NCBI GenBank assembly: GCA_964057225.1
Contig: OZ059898.1
Location: 682,001-746,000 of the forward strand
Direction: 5' to 3'
From: Auanema rhodensis
Taxonomy: Eukaryota; Animalia; Nematoda
DNA length: 64,000 nt
The position numbers were made by a program, and so were the translations under genes. Positions 34,901 to 49,150 of this stretch are shown piece by piece. Position 1 is the stretch's first letter, and each line of letters starts with the position of its first letter. Under the pieces are notes generated by a model that ran no database searches, was not told the DNA's origin, and saw only the letters and a program-made list of their open reading frames with translations.

Positions 34901-37900
34901 TTGTTGAATAACATTGTCCATCGTCTTTGCCTTGAAAAAAGGAATCTAAAAACATCTACTTTTTGCTAAATTATTTTGAAAATTTTTCGAAAAAATTTTT
35001 GTCAAAATGTTTTTGGAAGCAATGTTGAGTGTACATGGAAACTCAACATACACTAATGCATCATTTTTCAAACGATCATAACTAATTTTTGTATTAAGCG
35101 TTTCTCAATGTCGTATAGTGCATTCGATGCGGATTTTCAAGCTGCGTCGATCTGTGTTATCAGATTTGCGCTAGCTTAAAAATGCACCGAGATATCAACT
35201 GATATAAGTTCACACTTATATCCTCGATTTTCACCCTGAAGAATTAATTTTTTCGTTGAATAACATTGTCCATCGTCTTTGCCTTGAAAAAAGGAATCTA
35301 AAAACATCTACTTTTTGCTAAATTATCTTGAAATTTTTCGAAAAAATTTTTGTCAAAATGTTTTTGGAAGCAATGTTGAGTGTACATGGAAACTCAACAT
35401 ACACTAATGCATCATTTTTCAAACGATCATAACTAATTTTTGTATTAAGCGTTTCTCAATGTAGTATAGTGCATTCGATGCGGATTTTTAAGCTGCGTCG
35501 ATCTGTGTTATCAGATTTGCGCTAGCTTAAAAATGCACCGAGATATCAACTGATATAAGTTCACACTTATATCCTCGATTTTCACCCTGAAGAATTAATT
35601 TTTTCGTTGAATAACATTGTCCATCGTCTTTGCCTTGAAAAAAGGAATCTAAAAACATCTACTTTTTGCTAAATTATTTTGAAATTTTTCGAAAAAATTT
35701 TTGTCAAAATGTTTTTGGAAGCAATGTTGAGTGTACATGGAAACTCAACATACACTAATGCATCATTTTTCAAACGATCATAACTAATTTTTGTATTAAG
35801 CGTTTCTCAATGTAGTATAGTGCATTCGATGCGGATTTTTAAGCTGCGTCGATCTGTGTTATCAGATTTGCGCTAGCTTAAAAATGCACCGAGATATCAA
35901 CTGATATAAGTTCACACTTATATCCTCGATTTTCACCCTGAAGAATTAATTTTTTCGTTGAATAACATTGTCCATCGTCTTTGCCTTGAAAAAAGGAATC
36001 TAAAAACATCTACTTTTCGCCAAATTATTTTGAAATTTTTCGAAAAAATTTTTGTCAAAATGTTTTTGGAAGCAATGTTGAGTGTACATGGAAACTCAAC
36101 ATACACTAATGCATCATTTTTCAAACGATCATAACTAATTTTTGTATTAAGCGTTTCTCAATGTAGTATAGTGCATTCGATGCGGATTTTTAAGCTGCGT
36201 CGATCTGTGTTATCAGATTTGCGCTAGCTTAAAAATGCACCGAGATATCAACTGATATAAGTTCACACATATATCCTCGATTTTCACCCTGAAGAATTAA
36301 TTTTTTTGTTGAATAACATTGTCCATCGTCTTTGCCTTGAAAAAAGGAATCTAAAAACATCTACTTTTTGCTAAATTATTTTGAAAATTTTTCGAAAAAA
36401 TTTTTGTCAAAATGTTTTTGGAAGCAATGTTGAGTGTACATGGAAACTCAACATACACTAATGCATCATTTTTCAAACGATCATAACTAATTTTTGTATT
36501 AAGCGTTTCTCAATGTCGTATAGTGCATTCGATGCGGATTTTTAAGCTGCGTCGATCTGTGTTATCAGATTTGCGCTAGCTTAAAAATGCACCGAGATAT
36601 CAACTGATATAAGTTCACACTTATATCCTCGATTTTCACCCTGAAGAATTAATTTTTTCGTTGAATAACATTGTCCATCGTCTTTGCCTTGAAAAAAGGA
36701 ATCTAAAAACATCTACTTTTTGCTAAATTATCTTGAAATTTTTCGAAAAAATTTTTGTCAAAATGTTTTTGGAAGCAATGTTGAGTGTACATGGAAACTC
36801 AACATACACTAATGCATCATTTTTTAAACGATCATAACTAATTTTTGTATTAAGCGTTTCTCAATGTCGTATAGTGCATTCGATGCGGATTTTTAAGCTG
36901 CGTCGATCTGTGTTTTCAGATTTGCGCTAGCTTAAAAATGCACCGAGATATCAACTGATATAAGTTCACACTTATATCCTCGATTTTCACCCTGAAGAAT
37001 TAATTTTTTTGTTGAATAACATTGTCCATCGTCTTTGCCTTGAAAAAAGAAATCTAAAAACATCTACTTTTTGCTAAATTATCTTGAAATTTTTCGAAAA
37101 AATTTTTGTCAAAATGTTTTTGGAAGCAATGTTGAGTGTACATGGAAACTCAACATACACTAATGCATCATTTTTCAAACGATCATAACTAATTTTTGTA
37201 TTAAGCGTTTCTCAATGTCGTATAGTGCATTCGATGCGGATTTTTAAGCTGCGTCGATCTGTGTTATCAGATTTGCGCTAGCTTAAAAATGCACCGAGAT
37301 ATCAACTGATATAAGTTCACACTTATATCCTCGATTTTCACCCTGAAGAATTAATTTTTTCGTTGAATAACATTGTCCATCGTCTTTGCCTTGAAAAAAG
37401 GAATCTAAAAACATCTACTTTTTGCTAAATTATTTTGAAATTTTTCGAAAAAATTTTTGTCAAAATGTTTTTGGAAGCAATGTTGAGTGTACATGGAAAC
37501 TCAACATACACTAATGCATCATTTTTCAAACGATCATAACTAATTTTTGTATCAAGCGTTTCTCAATGTAGTATAGTGCATTCGATGCGGATTTTTAAGC
37601 TGCGTGGATCTGTGTTATCAGATTTGCGCTAGCTTAAAAATGCACCGAGATATCAACTGATATAAGTTCACACTTATATCCTCGATTTTCACCCTGAAGA
37701 ATTAATTTTTTTGTTGAATAACATTGTCCATCGTCTTTGCCTTGAAAAAAGGAATCTAAAAACATCTACTTTTTGCTAAATTATTTTGAAATTTTTCGAA
37801 AAAATTTTTGTCAAAATGTTTTTGGAAGTAATGTTGAGTGTACATGGAAACTCAACATACACTAATGCATCATTTTTCAAACGATCATAACTAATTTTTG

Positions 37901-40900
37901 TATTAAGCGTTTCTCAATGTCGTATAGTGCATTCGATGCGGATTTTTAAGCTGCGTCGATCTGTGTTATCAGATTTGCGCTAGCTTAAAAATGCACCGAG
38001 ATATCAACTGATATAAGTTCACACTTATATCCTCGATTTTCACCCTGAAGAATTAATTTTTTCGTTGAATAACATTGTCCATCGTTTTTGCCTTGAAAAA
38101 AGGAATCTAAAAACATCTACTTTTTGCTAAATTATTTTGAAATTTTTCGAAAAAATTTTTGTCAAAATGTTTTTGGAAGCAATGTTGAGTGTACATGGAA
38201 ACTCAACATACACTAATGCATCATTTTTCAAACGATCATAACTAATTTTTGTATTAAGCGTTTCTCAATGTAGTATAGTGCATTCGATGCGGATTTTTAA
38301 GCTGCGTCGATCTGTGTTATCAGATTTGCGCTAGCTTAAAAATGCACCGAGATATCAACTGATATAAGTTCACACTTATATCCTCGATTTTCACCCTGAA
38401 GAATTAATTTTTTCGTTGAATAACATTGTCCATCGTTTTTGCCTTGAAAAAAGGAATCTAAAAACATCTACTTTTTGCTAAATTATTTTGAAATTTTTCG
38501 AAAAAATTTTTGTCAAAATGTTTTTGGAAGCAATGTTGAGTGTACATGGAAACTCAACATACACTAATGCATCATTTTTCAAACGATCATAACTAATTTT
38601 TGTATTAAGCGTTTCTCAATGTCGTATTGTGCATTCGATGCGGATTTTTAAGCTGCGTCGATCTGTGTTATCAGATTTGCGCTAGCTTAAAAATGCACCG
38701 AGATATCAACTGATATAAGTTCACACTTATATCCTCGATTTTCACCCTGAAGAATTAATTTTTTCGTTGAATAACATTGTCCATCGTTTTTGCCTTGAAA
38801 AAAGGAATCTAAAAACATCTACTTTTTGCTAAATTATTTTGAAATTTTTCGAAAAAATTTTTGTCAAAATGTTTTTGGAAGTAATGTTGAGTGTACATGG
38901 AAACTCAACATACACTAATGCATCATTTTTCAAACGATCATAACTAATTTTTGTATTAAGCGTTTCTCAATGTCGTATAGTGCATTCGATGCGGATTTTT
39001 AAGCTGCGTCGATCTGTGTTATCAGATTTGCGCTAGCTTAAAAATGCACCGAGATATCAACTGATATAAGTTCACACTTATATCCTCGATTTTCACCCTG
39101 AAGAATTAATTTTTTCGTTGAATAACATTGTCCATCGTTTTTGCCTTGAAAAAAGGAATCTAAAAACATCTACTTTTTGCTAAATTATTTTGAAATTTTT
39201 CGAAAAAATTTTTGTCAAAATGTTTTTGGAAGCAATGTTGAGTGTACATGGAAACTCAACATACACTAATGCATCATTTTTCAAACGATCATAACTAATT
39301 TTTGTATTAAGCGTTTCTCAATGTCGTATTGTGCATTCGATGCGGATTTTTAAGCTGCGTCGATCTGTGTTATCAGATTTGCGCTAGCTTAAAAATGCAC
39401 CGAGATATCAACTGATATAAGTTCACACTTATATCCTCGATTTTCACCCTGAAGAATTAATTTTTTCGTTGAATAACATTGTCCATCGTTTTTGCCTTGA
39501 AAAAAGGAATCTAAAAACATCTACTTTTTGCTAAATTATTTTGAAATTTTTCGAAAAAATTTTTGTCAAAATGTTTTTGGAAGTAATGTTGAGTGTACAT
39601 GGAAACTCAACATACACTAATGCATCATTTTTCAAACGATCATAACTAATTTTTGTATTAAGCGTTTCTCAATGTCGTATAGTGCATTCGATGCGGATTT
39701 TTAAGCTGCGTCGATCTGTGTTATCAGATTTGCGCTAGCTTAAAAATGCACCGAGATATCAACTGATATAAGTTCACACTTATATCCTCGATTTTCACCC
39801 TGAAGAATTAATTTTTTCGTTGAATAACATTGTCCATCGTTTTTGCCTTGAAAAAAGGAATCTAAAAACATCTACTTTTTGCTAAATTATTTTGAAATTT
39901 TTCGAAAAAATTTTTGTCAAAATGTTTTTGGAAGCAATGTTGAGTGTACATGGAAACTCAACATACACTAATGCATCATTTTTCAAACGATCATAACTAA
40001 TTTTTGTATTAAGCGTTTCTCAATGTAGTATAGTGCATTCGATGCGGATTTTTAAGCTGCGTCGATCTGTGTTATCAGATTTGCGCTAGCTTAAAAATGC
40101 ACCGAGATATCAACTGATATAAGTTCACACTTATATCCTCGATTTTCACCCTGAAGAATTAATTTTTTCGTTGAATAACATTGTCCATCGTTTTTGCCTT
40201 GAAAAAAGGAATCTAAAAACATCTACTTTTTGCTAAATTATTTTGAAATTTTTCGAAAAAATTTTTGTCAAAATGTTTTTGGAAGCAATGTTGAGTGTAC
40301 ATGGAAACTCAACATACACTAATGCATCATTTTTCAAACGATCATAACTAATTTTTGTATTAAGCGTTTTTCAATGTAGTATAGTGCATTCGATGCGGAT
40401 TTTTAAGCTGCGTCGATCTGTGTTATCAGATTTGCGCTAGCTTAAAAATGCACCGAGATATCAACTGATATAAGTTCACACTTATATCCTCGATTTTCAC
40501 CCTGAAGAATTAATTTTTTTGTTGAATAACATTGTCCATCGTCTTTGCCTTGGAAAAAGGAATCTAAAAACATCTACTTTTTGCTAAATTATTTTGAAAT
40601 TTTTCGAAAAAATTTTTGTCAAAATGTTTTTGGAAGTAATGTTGAGTGTACATGGAAACTCAACATACACTAATGCATCATTTTTCAAACGATCATAACT
40701 AATTTTTGTATTAAGCGTTTCTCAATGTCGTATAGTGCATTCGATGCGGATTTTTAAGCTGCGTCGATCTGTGTTATCAGATTTGCGCTAGCTTAAAAAT
40801 GCACCGAGATATCAACTGATATAAGTTCACACTTATATCCTCGATTTTCACCCTGAAGAATTAATTTTTTCGTTGAATAACATTGTCCATCGTCTTTGCC

Positions 40901-43900
40901 TTGAAAAAAGGAATCTAAAAACATCTACTTTTTGCTAAATTATTTTGAAATTTTTCGAAAAAATTTTTGTCAAAATGTTTTTGGAAGCAATGTTGAGTGT
41001 ACATGGAAACTCAACATACACTAATGCATCATTTTTCAAACGATCATAACTAATTTTTGTATTAAGCGTTTCTCAATGTAGTATAGTGCATTCGATGCGG
41101 ATTTTTAAGCTGCGTCGATCTGTGTTATCAGATTTGCGCTAGCTTAAAAATGCACCGAGATATCAACTGATATAAGTTCACACTTATATCCTCGATTTTC
41201 ACCCTGAAGAATTAATTTTTTTGTTGAATAACATTGTCCATCGTCTTTGCCTTGAAAAAAGAAATCTAAAAACATCTACTTTTTGCTAAATTATTTTGAA
41301 ATTTTTCGAAAAAATTTTTGTCAAAATGTTTTTGGAAGTAATGTTGAGTGTACATGGAAACTCAACATACACTAATGCATCATTTTTCAAACGATCATAA
41401 CTAATTTTTGTATTAAGCGTTTCTCAATGTCGTATAGTGCATTCGATGCGGATTTTTAAGCTGCGTCGATCTGTGTTATCAGATTTGCGCTAGCTTAAAA
41501 ATGCACCGAGATATCAACTGATATAAGTTCACACTTATATCCTCGATTTTCACCCTGAAGAATTAATTTTTTCGTTGAATAACATTGTCCATCGTCTTTG
41601 CCTTGAAAAAAGGAATCTAAAAACATCTACTTTTCGCTAAATTATTTTGAAATTTTTCGAAAAAATTTTTGTCAAAATGTTTTTGGAAGCAATGTTGAGT
41701 GTACATGGAAACTCAACATACACTAATGCATCATTTTTCAAACGATCATAACTAATTTTTGTATTAAGCGTTTCTCAATGTAGTATAGTGCATTCGATGC
41801 GGATTTTTAAGCTGCGTCGATCTGTGTTATCAGATTTGCGCTAGCTTAGAAATGCACCGAGATATCAACTGATATAAGTTCACACTTATATCCTCGATTT
41901 TCACCCTGAAGAATTAATTTTTTTGTTGAATAACATTGTCCATCGTCTTTGCCTTGAAAAAAGGAATCTAAAAACATCTACTTTTTGCTAAATTATTTTG
42001 AAATTTTTCGAAAAAATTTTTGTCAAAATGTTTTTGGAAGTAATGTTGAGTGTACATGGAAACTCAACATACACTAATGCATCATTTTTCAAACGATCAT
42101 AACTAATTTTTGTATTAAGCGTTTCTCAATGTCGTATAGTGCATTCGATGCGGATTTTTAAGCTGCGTCGATCTGTGTTATCAGATTTGCGCTAGCTTAA
42201 AAATGCACCGAGATATCAACTGATATAAGTTCACACTTATATCCTCGATTTTCACCCTGAAGAATTAATTTTTTTGTTGAATAACATTGTCCATCGTCTT
42301 TGCCTTGAAAAAAGGAATCTAAAAACATCTACTTTTTGCTAAATTATTTTGAAATTTTTCGAAAAAATTTTTGTCAAAATGTTTTTGGAAGCAATGTTGA
42401 GTGTACATGGAAACTCAACATACACTAATGCATCATTTTTCAAACGATCATAACTAATTTTTGTATTAAGCGTTTCTCAATGTAGTATAGTGCATTCGAT
42501 GCGGATTTTTAAGCTGCGTCGATCTGTGTTATCAGATTTGCGCTAGCTTAAAAATGCACCGAGATATCAACTGATATAAGTTCACACTTATATCCTCGAT
42601 TTTCACCCTGAAGAATTAATTTTTTCGTTGAATAACATTGTCCATCGTCTTTGCCTTGAAAAAAGGAATCTAAAAACATCTACTTTTTGCTAAATTATTT
42701 TGAAATTTTTCGAAAAAATTTTTGTCAAAATGTTTTTGGAAGCAATGTTGAGTGTACATGGAAACTCAACATACACTAATGCATCATTTTTCAAACGATC
42801 ATAACTAATTTTTGTATTAAGCGTTTCTCAATGTCGTATAGTGCATTCGATGCGGATTTTTAAGCTGCGTCGATCTGTGTTATCAGATTTGCGCTAGCTT
42901 AAAAATGCACCGAGATATCAACTGATATAAGTTCACACTTATATCCTCGATTTTCACCCTGAAGAATTAATTTTTTCGTTGAATAACATTGTCCATCGTC
43001 TTTGCCTTGAAAAAAGGAATCTAAAAACATCTACTTTTTGCTAAATTATTTTGAAAATTTTTCGAAAAAATTTTTGTCAAAATGTTTTTGGAAGCAATGT
43101 TGAGTGTACATGGAAACTCAACATACACTAATGCATCATTTTTCAAACGATCATAACTAATTTTTGAATTAAGCGTTTCTCAATGTCGTATAGTGCATTC
43201 GATGCGGATTTTTAAGCTGCGTCGATCTGTGTTATCAGATTTGCGCTAGCTTAAAAATGCACCGAGATATCAACTGATATAAGTTCACACTTATATCCTC
43301 GATTTTCACCCTGAAGAATTAATTTTTTCGTTGAATAACATTGTCCATCGTCTTTGCCTTGAAAAAAGGAATCTAAAAACATCTACTTTTTGCTAAATTA
43401 TTTTGAAATTTTTCGAAAAAATTTTTGTCAAAATGTTTTTGGAAGCAATGTTGAGTGTACATGGAAACTCAACATACACTAATGCATCATTTTTCAATCG
43501 ATCATAACTAATTTTTGTATTAAGCGTTTCTCAATGTAGTATAGTGCATTCGATGCGGATTTTTAAGCTGCGTCGATCTGTGTTATGAGATTTGCGCTAG
43601 CTTAAAAATGCACCGAGATATCAACTGATATAAGTTCACACTTATATCCTCGATTTTCACCCTGAAGAATTAATTTTTTCGTTGAATAACATTGTCCATC
43701 GTCTTTGCCTTGAAAAAAGGAATCTAAAAACATCTACTTTTTGCTAAATTATTTTGAAATTTTTCGAAAAAATTTTTGTCAAAATGTTTTTGGAAGCAAT
43801 GTTGAGTGTACATGGAAACTCAACATACACTAATGCATCATTTTTCAAACGATCATAACTAATTTTTGTATTAAGCGTTTCTCAATGTAGTATAGTGCAT

Positions 43901-46900
43901 TCGATGCGGATTTTTAAGCTGCGTCGATCTGTGTTATCAGATTTGCGCTAGCTTAAAAATGCACCGAGATATCAACTGATATAAGTTCACACTTATATCC
44001 TCGATTTTCACCCTGAAGAATTAATTTTTTTGTTGAATAACATTGTCCATCATCTTTGCCTTGAAAAAAGGAATCTAAAAACATCTACTTTTTGCTAAAT
44101 TATTTTGAAAATTTTTCGAAAAAATTTTTGTCAAAATGTTTTTGGAAGCAATGTTGAGTGTACATGGAAACTCAACATACACTAATGCATCATTTTTCAA
44201 ACGATCATAACTAATTTTTGTATTAAGCGTTTCTCAATGTCGTATAGTGCATTCGATGCGGATTTTTAAGCTGCGTCGATCTGTGTTATCAGATTTGCGC
44301 TAGCTTAAAAATGCACCGAGATATCAACTGATATAAGTTCACACTTATATCCTCGATTTTCACCCTGAAGAATTAATTTTTTCGTTGAATAACATTGTCC
44401 ATCGTCTTTGCCTTGAAAAAAGGAATCTAAAAACATCTACTTTTTGCTAAATTATCTTGAAATTTTTCGAAAAAATTTTTGTCAAAATGTTTTTGGAAGC
44501 AATGTTGAGTGTACATGGAAACTCAACATACACTAATGCATCATTTTTCAAACGATCATAACTAATTTTTGTATTAAGCGTTTCTCAATGTAGTATAGTG
44601 CATTCGATGCGGATTTTTAAGCTGCGTCGATCTGTGTTATCAGATTTGCGCTAGCTTAAAAATGCACCGAGATATCAACTGATATAAGTTCACACTTATA
44701 TCCTCGATTTTCACCCTGAAGAATTAATTTTTTTGTTGAATAACATTGTCCATCGTCTTTGCCTTGAAAAAAGGAATCTAAAAACATCTACTTTTTGCTA
44801 AATTATCTTGAAATTTTTCGAAAAAATTTTTGTCAAAATGTTTTTGGAAGCAATGTTGAGTGTACATGGAAACTCAACATACACTAATGCATCATTTTTC
44901 AAACGATCATAACTAATTTTTGTATTAAGCGTTTCTCAATGTAGTATAGTGCATTCGATGCGGATTTTTAAGCTGCGTCGATCTGTGTTATCAGATTTGC
45001 GCTAGCTTAAAAATGCACCGAGATATCAACTGATATAAGTTCACACTTATATCCTCGATTTTCACCCTGAAGAATTAATTTTTTCGTTGAATAACATTGT
45101 CCATCGTCTTTGCCTTGAAAAAAGGAATCTAAAAACATCTACTTTTTGCTAAATTATCTTGAAATTTTTCGAAAAAATTTTTGTCAAAATGTTTTTGGAA
45201 GCAATGTTGAGTGTACATGGAAACTCAACATACACTAATGCATCATTTTTCAAACGATCATAACTAATTTTTGTATTAAGCGTTTCTCAATGTAGTATAG
45301 TGCATTCGATGCGGATTTTTAAGCTGCGTCGATCTGTGTTATCAGATTTGCGCTAGCTTAAAAATGCACCGAGATATCAACTGATATAAGTTCACACTTA
45401 TATCCTCGATTTTCACCCTGAAGAATTAATTTTTTTGTTGAATAACATTGTCCATCGTCTTTGCCTTGAAAAAAGGAATCTAAAAACATCTACTTTTTGC
45501 TAAATTATCTTGAAATTTTTCGAAAAAATTTTTGTCAAAATGTTTTTGGAAGCAATGTTGAGTGTACATGGAAACTCAACATACACTAATGCATCATTTT
45601 TCAAACGATCATAACTAATTTTTGTATTAAGCGTTTCTCAATGTAGTATAGTGCATTCGATGCGGATTTTTAAGCTGCGTCGATCTGTGTTATCAGATTT
45701 GCGCTAGCTTAAAAATGCACCGAGATATCAACTGATATAAGTTCACACTTATATCCTCGATTTTCACCCTGAAGAATTAATTTTTTTGTTGAATAACATT
45801 GTCCATCGTCTTTGCCTTGAAAAAAGGAATCTAAAAACATCTACTTTTTGCTAAATTATTTTGAAAATTTTTCGAAAAAATTTTTGTCAAAATGTTTTTG
45901 GAAGCAATGTTGAGTGTACATGGAAACTCAACATACACTAATGCATCATTTTTCAAACGATCATAACTAATTTTTGTATTAAGCGTTTCTCAATGTCGTA
46001 TAGTGCATTCGATGCGGATTTTTAAGCTGCGTCGATCTGTGTTATCAGATTTGCGCTAGCTTAAAAATGCACCGAGATATCAACTGATATAAGTTCACAC
46101 TTATATCCTCGATTTTCACCCTGAAGAATTAATTTTTTTGTTGAATAACATTGTCCATCGTCTTTGCCTTGAAAAAAGGAATCTAAAAACATTTACTTTT
46201 TGCTAAATTATCTTGAAATTTTTCGAAAAAATTTTTGTCAAAATGTTTTTGGAAGCAATGTTGAGTGTACATGGAAACTCAACATACACTAATGCATCAT
46301 TTTTCAAACGATCATAACTAATTTTTGTATTAAGCGTTTCTCAATGTAGTATAGTGCATTCGATGCGGATTTTTAAGCTGCGTCGATCTGTGTTATTAGA
46401 TTTGCGCTAGCTTAAAAATGCACCGAGATATCAACTGATATAAGTTCACACTTATATCCTCGATTTTCACCCTGAAGAATTAATTTTTTTGTTGAATAAC
46501 ATTGTCCATCGTCTTTGCCTTGAAAAAAGGAATCTAAAAACATCTACTTTTTGCTAAATTATTTTGAAATTTTTCGAAAAAATTTTTGTCAAAATGTTTT
46601 TGGAAGCAATGTTGAGTGTACATGGAAACTCAACATACACTAATGCATCATTTTTCAAACGATCATAACTAATTTTTGTATTAAGCGTTTCTCAATGTAG
46701 TATAGTGCATTCGATGCGGATTTTTAAGCTGCGTCGATCTGTGTTATCAGATTTGCGCTAGCTTAAAAATGCACCGAGATATCAACTGATATAAGTTCAC
46801 ACTTATATCCTCGATTTTCACCCTGAAGAATTAATTTTTTCGTTGAATAACATTGTCCATCGTCTTTGCCTTGAAAAAAGGAATCTAAAAACATCTACTT

Positions 46901-49150
46901 TTTGCTAAATTATCTTGAAATTTTTCGAAAAAATTTTTGTCAAAATGTTTTTGGAAGCAATGTTGAGTGTACATGGAAACTCAACATACACTAATGCATC
47001 ATTTTTCAAACGATCATAACTAATTTTTGTATTAAGCGTTTCTCAATGTAGTATAGTGCATTCGATGCGGATTTTTAAGCTGCGTCGATCTGTGTTATCA
47101 GATTTGCGCTAGCTTAAAAATGCACCGAGATATCAACTGATATAAGTTCACACTTATATCCTCGATTTTCACCCTGAAGAATTAATTTTTTCGTTGAATA
47201 ACATTGTCCATCGTCTTTGCCTTGAAAAAAGGAATCTAAAAACATCTACTTTTTGCTAAATTATCTTGAAATTTTTCGAAAAAATTTTTGTCAAAATGTT
47301 TTTGGAAGCAATGTTGAGTGTACATGGAAACTCAACATACACTAATGCATCATTTTTCAAACGATCATAACTAATTTTTGTATTAAGCGTTTCTCAATGT
47401 AGTATAGTGCATTCGATGCGGATTTTTAAGCTGCGTCGATCTGTGTTATCAGATTTGCGCTAGCTTAAAAATGCACCGAGATATCAACTGATATAAGTTC
47501 ACACTTATATCCTCGATTTTCACCCTGAAGAATTAATTTTTTCGTTGAATAACATTGTCCATCGTCTTTGCCTTGAAAAAAGGAATCTAAAAACATCTAC
47601 TTTTTGCTAAATTATCTTGAAATTTTTCGAAAAAATTTTTGTCAAAATGTTTTTGGAAGCAATGTTGAGTGTACATGGAAACTCAACATACACTAATGCA
47701 TCATTTTTCAAACGATCATAACTAATTTTTGTATTAAGCGTTTCTCAATGTAGTATAGTGCATTCGATGCGGATTTTTAAGCTGCGTCGATCTGTGTTAT
47801 CAGATTTGCGCTAGCTTAAAAATGCACCGAGATATCAACTGATATAAGTTCACACTTATATCCTCGATTTTCACCCTGAAGAATTAATTTTTTTGTTGAA
47901 TAACATTGTCCATCGTCTTTGCCTTGAAAAAAGGAATCTAAAAACATCTACTTTTTGCTAAATTATCTTGAAATTTTTCGAAAAAATTTTTGTCAAAATG
48001 TTTTTGGAAGCAATGTTGAGTGTACATGGAAACTCAACATACACTAATGCATCATTTTTCAAACGATCATAACTAATTTTTGTATTAAGCGTTTCTCAAT
48101 GTCGTATAGTGCATTCGATGCGGATTTTTAAGCTGCGTCGATCTGTGTTATCAGATTTGCGCTAGCTTAAAAATGCACCGAGATATCAACTGATATAAGT
48201 TCACACTTATATCCTCGATTTTCACCCTGAAGAATTAATTTTTTCGTTGAATAACATTGTCCATCGTCTTTGCCTTGAAAAAAGGAATCTAAAAACATCT
48301 ACTTTTTGCTAAATTATCTTGAAATTTTTCGAAAAAATTTTTGTCAAAATGTTTTTGGAAGCAATGTTGAGTGTACATGGAAACTCAACATACACTAATG
48401 CATCATTTTTCAAACGATCATAACTAATTTTTGTATTAAGCGTTTCTCAATGTAGTATAGTGCATTCGATGCGGATTTTTAAGCTGCGTCGATCTGTGTT
48501 ATCAGATTTGCGCTAGCTTAAAAATGCACCGAGATATCAACTGATATAAGTTCACACTTATATCCTCGATTTTCACCCTGAAGAATTAATTTTTTCGTTG
48601 AATAACATTGTCCATCGTCTTTGCCTTGAAAAAAGGAATCTAAAAACATCTACTTTTTGCTAAATTATCTTGAAATTTTTCGAAAAAATTTTTGTCAAAA
48701 TGTTTTTGGAAGCAATGTTGAGTGTACATGGAAACTCAACATACACTAATGCATCATTTTTCAAACGATCATAACTAATTTTTGTATTAAGCGTTTCTCA
48801 ATGTAGTATAGTGCATTCGATGCGGATTTTTAAGCTGCGTCGATCTGTGTTATCAGATTTGCGCTAGCTTAAAAATGCACCGAGATATCAACTGATATAA
48901 GTTCACACTTATATCCTCGATTTTCACCCTGAAGAATTAATTTTTTCGTTGAATAACATTGTCCATCGTCTTTGCCTTGAAAAAAGGAATCTAAAAACAT
49001 CTACTTTTTGCTAAATTATCTTGAAATTTTTCGAAAAAATTTTTGTCAAAATGTTTTTGGAAGCAATGTTGAGTGTACATGGAAACTCAACATACACTAA
49101 TGCATCATTTTTCAAACGATCATAACTAATTTTTGTATTAAGCGTTTCTC

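Noticed and set aside
5053-36124. Eight 62-63 aa ORFs (MKNDALVY... on the minus strand, MIFLLNNI... on the plus strand)
   Set aside because: They exist only in the six monomers where gcTaaa>gcCaaa removes a stop codon (TAG>TGG on minus, TAA>CAA on plus). The plus-strand ones also need the gaattGa variant for a TTG start. The peptides are low-complexity, K/F/I-rich and have no recognisable domain.
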